Assembly: GCA_977017575.1 (NCBI GenBank)
Contig: CDRNVI010000021.1
Span: 310,001 to 374,000 of the forward strand
Source: Paramoeba atlantica
Taxonomy: Eukaryota > Protista > Discosea
Length of the DNA stretch: 64,000 nt
Reading direction: 5' to 3'
A program made the position numbers and the translations under genes. Of this stretch, positions 59,748 to 64,000 are shown one piece after another. Positions within the stretch are counted from its first letter, which is position 1, and every line of letters begins with the position of its first letter. The notes below the pieces were generated by a model, which was not told where the DNA came from, searched no databases, and saw only the letters and a list, made by a program, of their open reading frames with translations.

Positions 59748-61385
59748 ATGCATTTCTATTTATTAGTGGACGACCAAATACACCAACTCTACCACAGAAT
59801 CACAATGTTCATAGAGTCTGAAAAGGCCGCAGCTCCTACGGATGGAGACATCGAGATTGCTCAAGGAGATCTTTGTTTAACACGCGGTTATCAGTGCACG
59901 TACACAAGGAAGGAATTTTTTGATTTATTCCAGCCATACCAATTTGATTCAACGATTACAAATACTCCTAGGGAAGAAGTGTCAGTGTTTGATTTAGGAT
60001 GCTTCCGATGGCCACTAACTATTGGATCACAAAGTGACACACCAGACATGGTGGTTCCTATTACCAACCAAACCGTATCGACGGACGCCCCCTGCGTTAC
60101 TACAATCTCGAAATTTGCAGACCAACGATCAAGAACACAGGATCCAGAGTACGCACCAGAAGATACAGATAGCTTTTCAAGTGTATTTTCTGAAAAGGTA
60201 CCTTGTGGCCCTGAATCAACGGAAACCGTCTTCTACTATAGAGTGGAAAAGGAGAGTCCAGCCCTAGGGCCAGTATCCCTATGTGACTTAAAAGATTATC
60301 TCAGCATGGGATTTATTCCTTCCTCGACGCAAGTTTGGAGGAAGGACACTGCCAGGAAGACGTACGACTTGGAAAGCACCCTTGCCTTGTTTTCGCAGGG
60401 CAAAGGTTTATATTTTGAACCATCAAGAGCGGTATCATCGAGCATAACTCTTCCTCATCATGTGGAATCGGCCAAATCTTTTGCTCAGGCACTGGCCATT
60501 AAACCCAACTCCGTAAACGAAGATTCACAGGGACTGAAAGTACAGGACAATCGAAAGGATAATTTTGTAAACATTCTTGGGGATTCAAACCGTGATGTCG
60601 CCAAAGAGGATTTGCATGCGGATGCACAAGTTGACGAAGTCGAAGAAGTCGTATACATATGCGGCACGGAGGTTGAAAATATGAATAACAAGTGTGAGGA
60701 TCCTAACACATCCATGAACACCATGGAAAGTTGTTCAGAGAGTACAACAAATTTACCTTCCGTTGTTGATTCCCATCCATCAAAAAATTTAGAGAACCTA
60801 AAAGGTCAAAGACAAAGCAAATTACCTAGTGCGAGGCCCCATCGAGAAGCGAAGAAGGCGATATCTTTTCCCTCCCCGAAAGCTGCACGTGCCCAGGGAC
60901 AAAAACATAGTGATAATAAACCAATCTCTACAAACAAAGATACATCTTATTCTACTGCAGTCGAAGACCTTGACAAGCTTGCGAAGCTTCCATTGGATGC
61001 AGCAATCCCACCAGCACCCACTGAAACACCATGGAATCGAACAGTCAAACCAATCATTGGGTCACAGGTACCTTCACATATCAATTCTAATTCCCCGGTA
61101 CACCATTCTGGAAATTCAACACGAGTAGGAAATGTGTGGCTTCAGCGCATGAAGAAGCATCAGGGCAAAGAATCTACAGGAGATCACATAGAGAATACGA
61201 ACTTTGAAGACTCACACGACGATTCAAGAAAAGAAGTGAAAACTCTAAATAGACCTGAAAATGAGTCGACAAACTCATCCAAATCGTCTAGTAACATAAA
61301 TTCTCGCAAGGGTCATCGTGTCAAAGGACGCACTGTGAAGAATTTGCTCAACGTGAAATTGCGAGACTCTCATAACCTTGACTGA
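59748..61385 (+). CDS. GYF_2 (DUF4339)-domain protein
   Basis: FYYRVEKESPALGPVSLCDLKDYLSMGFIPSSTQVWRKD; otherwise low complexity. Alternative start at 59805. Confidence 0.65.
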   Translation: MHFYLLVDDQIHQLYHRITMFIESEKAAAPTDGDIEIAQGDLCLTRGYQCTYTRKEFFDLFQPYQFDSTITNTPREEVSVFDLGCFRWPLTIGSQSDTPDMVVPITNQTVSTDAPCVTTISKFADQRSRTQDPEYAPEDTDSFSSVFSEKVPCGPESTETVFYYRVEKESPALGPVSLCDLKDYLSMGFIPSSTQVWRKDTARKTYDLESTLALFSQGKGLYFEPSRAVSSSITLPHHVESAKSFAQALAIKPNSVNEDSQGLKVQDNRKDNFVNILGDSNRDVAKEDLHADAQVDEVEEVVYICGTEVENMNNKCEDPNTSMNTMESCSESTTNLPSVVDSHPSKNLENLKGQRQSKLPSARPHREAKKAISFPSPKAARAQGQKHSDNKPISTNKDTSYSTAVEDLDKLAKLPLDAAIPPAPTETPWNRTVKPIIGSQVPSHINSNSPVHHSGNSTRVGNVWLQRMKKHQGKESTGDHIENTNFEDSHDDSRKEVKTLNRPENESTNSSKSSSNINSRKGHRVKGRTVKNLLNVKLRDSHNLD

Positions 61386-61715
61386 AACTTTGCCGCGCTT
61401 TCTTTGAATTTTCGTTATGTGATAAATTTGCGCCCACCTAGACTTCCTAGAGTGTAATTATACAGGGTTAAAGTACTGAAACCTACTTGTGACTTTTATA
61501 TTCCTTGAGCGTCGGTAGATTTGGTGACACTCGCTTTGACAAAAATTAATCTCTGTTATCATTACATAAATTAATCTCTCTTAATTAAATTGACTATTTC
61601 ACGCATAAAAAATAACAGAATATTTTCATTACATGAATTACAGTACTCTTGTATGGTAGAAAACTAAAAATAGATTTTTTTGTTCCAACTTAATAGTTCG
61701 TACTCTTCTTATATC

Positions 61716-63245
61716 ATGGGATTGCTTAAATACAACGTGGACGACTTCTTCGAAGAGAGCGGCGATGAGGACTCCGCATCCGCGCATCATGCCAATGCAC
61801 AGCCTTTGAAGAGCTCCACAAAGAGATGCGGCGGTAACCGAACCGCAGAGGCTGACAACGCTCGGCATTACATTTGCGATGAATTTCTTTGTAAAGATTA
61901 CCGCACGTCCCGTCCAGATAAGGCGGAGCGTGGAACTGTGGAGAATGTAATGGACCCCAGAACTCGGTTGATCTTGTATAAAATGGTACGCAGCGGTTTT
62001 CTGCAGGCCGTCCACGGATGTCTGTCAACAGGAAAGGAAGCTAACGTGTACTACTCCACCCAAGCCCAGGGAGATCCCGTCGCGATCAAGGTCTACCGCA
62101 CTGCTATTCTTCTTTTTAAGGACAGGGAGCGCTACGTCAGGGGGGATTTCCGCTTTCAGCGCTATTGCAAGACAAACCCACGTAAGATGGTGCGCGCTTG
62201 GGCAGAGAAGGAGGCCAGGAATTTACGCCGCCTTGAGGCAGCAAAAATATTAGCCCCTCGGGTGCTGCAACTTCGGTTACACATTTTGGTCATGACTTTT
62301 CTGGGGTCCAAGGAAAGGGCATGGGAGCGTCTTCACGATGTCCGTTCGCTCCGTGAGCGTTTTGGTCTCAATTTGTACCGGCAAGCAATTCAAATATTGA
62401 AGGACATGTACCAACTTTGCAGGCTTGTGCACGGTGATTTTAGTGAATTTAACCTTCTAGTGGAGCCAACAGGGGAAAAGCAAGGTGACCCAGCCTCGAA
62501 TACAGAAACATTGCTACGAACGAATACTCGCTCCCCTCGCGATTCATACGACGATGAAGTTCCACCCCGTCTTTATGTAATTGACGTCTCCCAATCCGTG
62601 GAACCGGATCATCCGAATGCTTCCACCTTTCTGCGACGTGATATCGCTAATGTTAATCGTCTGTTTGTACAGTACATTCCACCAGAAGAGCGCGCTACTG
62701 TGGAAAATATTTATCGTTATGTCACCGGAAAAGCAGAAATCTTGGCTGTTGGGATCGCCCAGGGGTCAGATCCGCTGCGTGATAAAGTTTTCGAACAAAT
62801 TCCATTGCCAAATTCTTTCGGGAATTACACCACTGCGCACTGCAGTGAAGATGTAGAACGTCAATACGATGAATTGAAACAAACTCCTATATTGGAAAGT
62901 CAATTCAAAGAAATGTGCATTAAAGAAATCGAGAATGCGAATTTGCATGAAAAAATGAAAATTTCAATACCTTCTGCACTTTGTGACGAAGTTAAGGAAG
63001 ATGATGCACATAGCAGTAGCTCCATTCCTCTTACGCATCAAGCTCTATCGGAAACTGAGATGCCGTACGTTCGAGCTGGTAAGTCAAAGGACGAAAGGAA
63101 GTCGCACCGCAAGGAAATTAAGGTTGAAAATAGAGAACGGCGGAAGCAAAAAGTGCCAAAACACCTCAAGAAAAAGGGTAAGGCTCGAAAACAAGTGGAG
63201 CCCGTTTTAGTATCGGACTCACAGGTATTTTCAGTGGCCATGTAA
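61716..63245 (+). CDS. RIO1: RIO1 atypical kinase
   Basis: STGKEANVY, FKDRERY..GDFRF, NPRKMV..WAEKE.RNL, HGDFSEFN, IDVSQSVE.DHP, K-rich tail. Confidence 0.93.
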   Translation: MGLLKYNVDDFFEESGDEDSASAHHANAQPLKSSTKRCGGNRTAEADNARHYICDEFLCKDYRTSRPDKAERGTVENVMDPRTRLILYKMVRSGFLQAVHGCLSTGKEANVYYSTQAQGDPVAIKVYRTAILLFKDRERYVRGDFRFQRYCKTNPRKMVRAWAEKEARNLRRLEAAKILAPRVLQLRLHILVMTFLGSKERAWERLHDVRSLRERFGLNLYRQAIQILKDMYQLCRLVHGDFSEFNLLVEPTGEKQGDPASNTETLLRTNTRSPRDSYDDEVPPRLYVIDVSQSVEPDHPNASTFLRRDIANVNRLFVQYIPPEERATVENIYRYVTGKAEILAVGIAQGSDPLRDKVFEQIPLPNSFGNYTTAHCSEDVERQYDELKQTPILESQFKEMCIKEIENANLHEKMKISIPSALCDEVKEDDAHSSSSIPLTHQALSETEMPYVRAGKSKDERKSHRKEIKVENRERRKQKVPKHLKKKGKARKQVEPVLVSDSQVFSVAM

Positions 63246-63396
63246 AAAAGTTATCATTTTTTAAATCAGGATTCATATCATTTTAATCATGTGCTCCGGC
63301 ACGCGGGTGAAATACTTTTAAGATATTTTTGAAACAATGTCATTGGCTGAACGTTTTTTATGTGTGTGATTTATTTTCCTTTCACACTACATTTGA

Positions 63397-63882
<486 letters not shown>

Positions 63883-64000
63883 CTATGGGCGAAATTGACA
63901 TGGCGTAGTTATTTCGAATTACTAAGAAAGTATTGAACTCGATTCACTAATATGGAATTAATAATTTTTGGAAGTGTAAACCTGCATCTGAAGTGAAATA

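Overview
Eukaryotic, gene-dense, intron-less window. About 37 real CDSs all lie on the + strand head to tail, as in a kinetoplastid polycistronic unit. A UBP1-type RRM protein, PCNA with the kinetoplastid-type insertion, a PA26-like activator and PPR proteins support a kinetoplastid. The two cap-LRR paralogues and the compact layout suggest a Perkinsela-like lineage (inference). Recognisable genes: NatB auxiliary subunit, PCNA, RING-H2 E3, dolichol kinase, Aurora-like kinase, RPB3, kinesin, KynB-like cyclase, YOS1, syntaxin-5, DnaJ, carnitine acyltransferase-like, LysRS-like, NADKc/zeta-like kinase, GrpE, PA26/PA28, RFC1, UBP1, RIO1 and UBC4. Three non-obvious layers stand out. (1) At least five ~0.8-1 kb GC-rich islands switch from C-rich to G-rich across UTRs and synonymous codon positions, even inside RPB3; they are candidate initiation or origin elements within the polycistron. 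(2) Four ~75-nt repeats at 19.8-20.7 kb look CRISPR-like but fit single-hairpin AGA-box (H/ACA-like) snoRNAs predicted to guide the LSU rRNA A-loop pseudouridine (yeast Psi2923 equivalent). (3) The long intergenic gaps hold TA-flanked Tc1/mariner-superfamily elements: a long-TIR Tc1-like remnant with DD32E spacing, a pogo DDE_1 remnant, and several MITE families, some carrying coding fragments. Two enzymes look like pseudoenzymes (LysRS-like and carnitine acyltransferase-like). All family calls come from motif recognition by eye; no searches were run.
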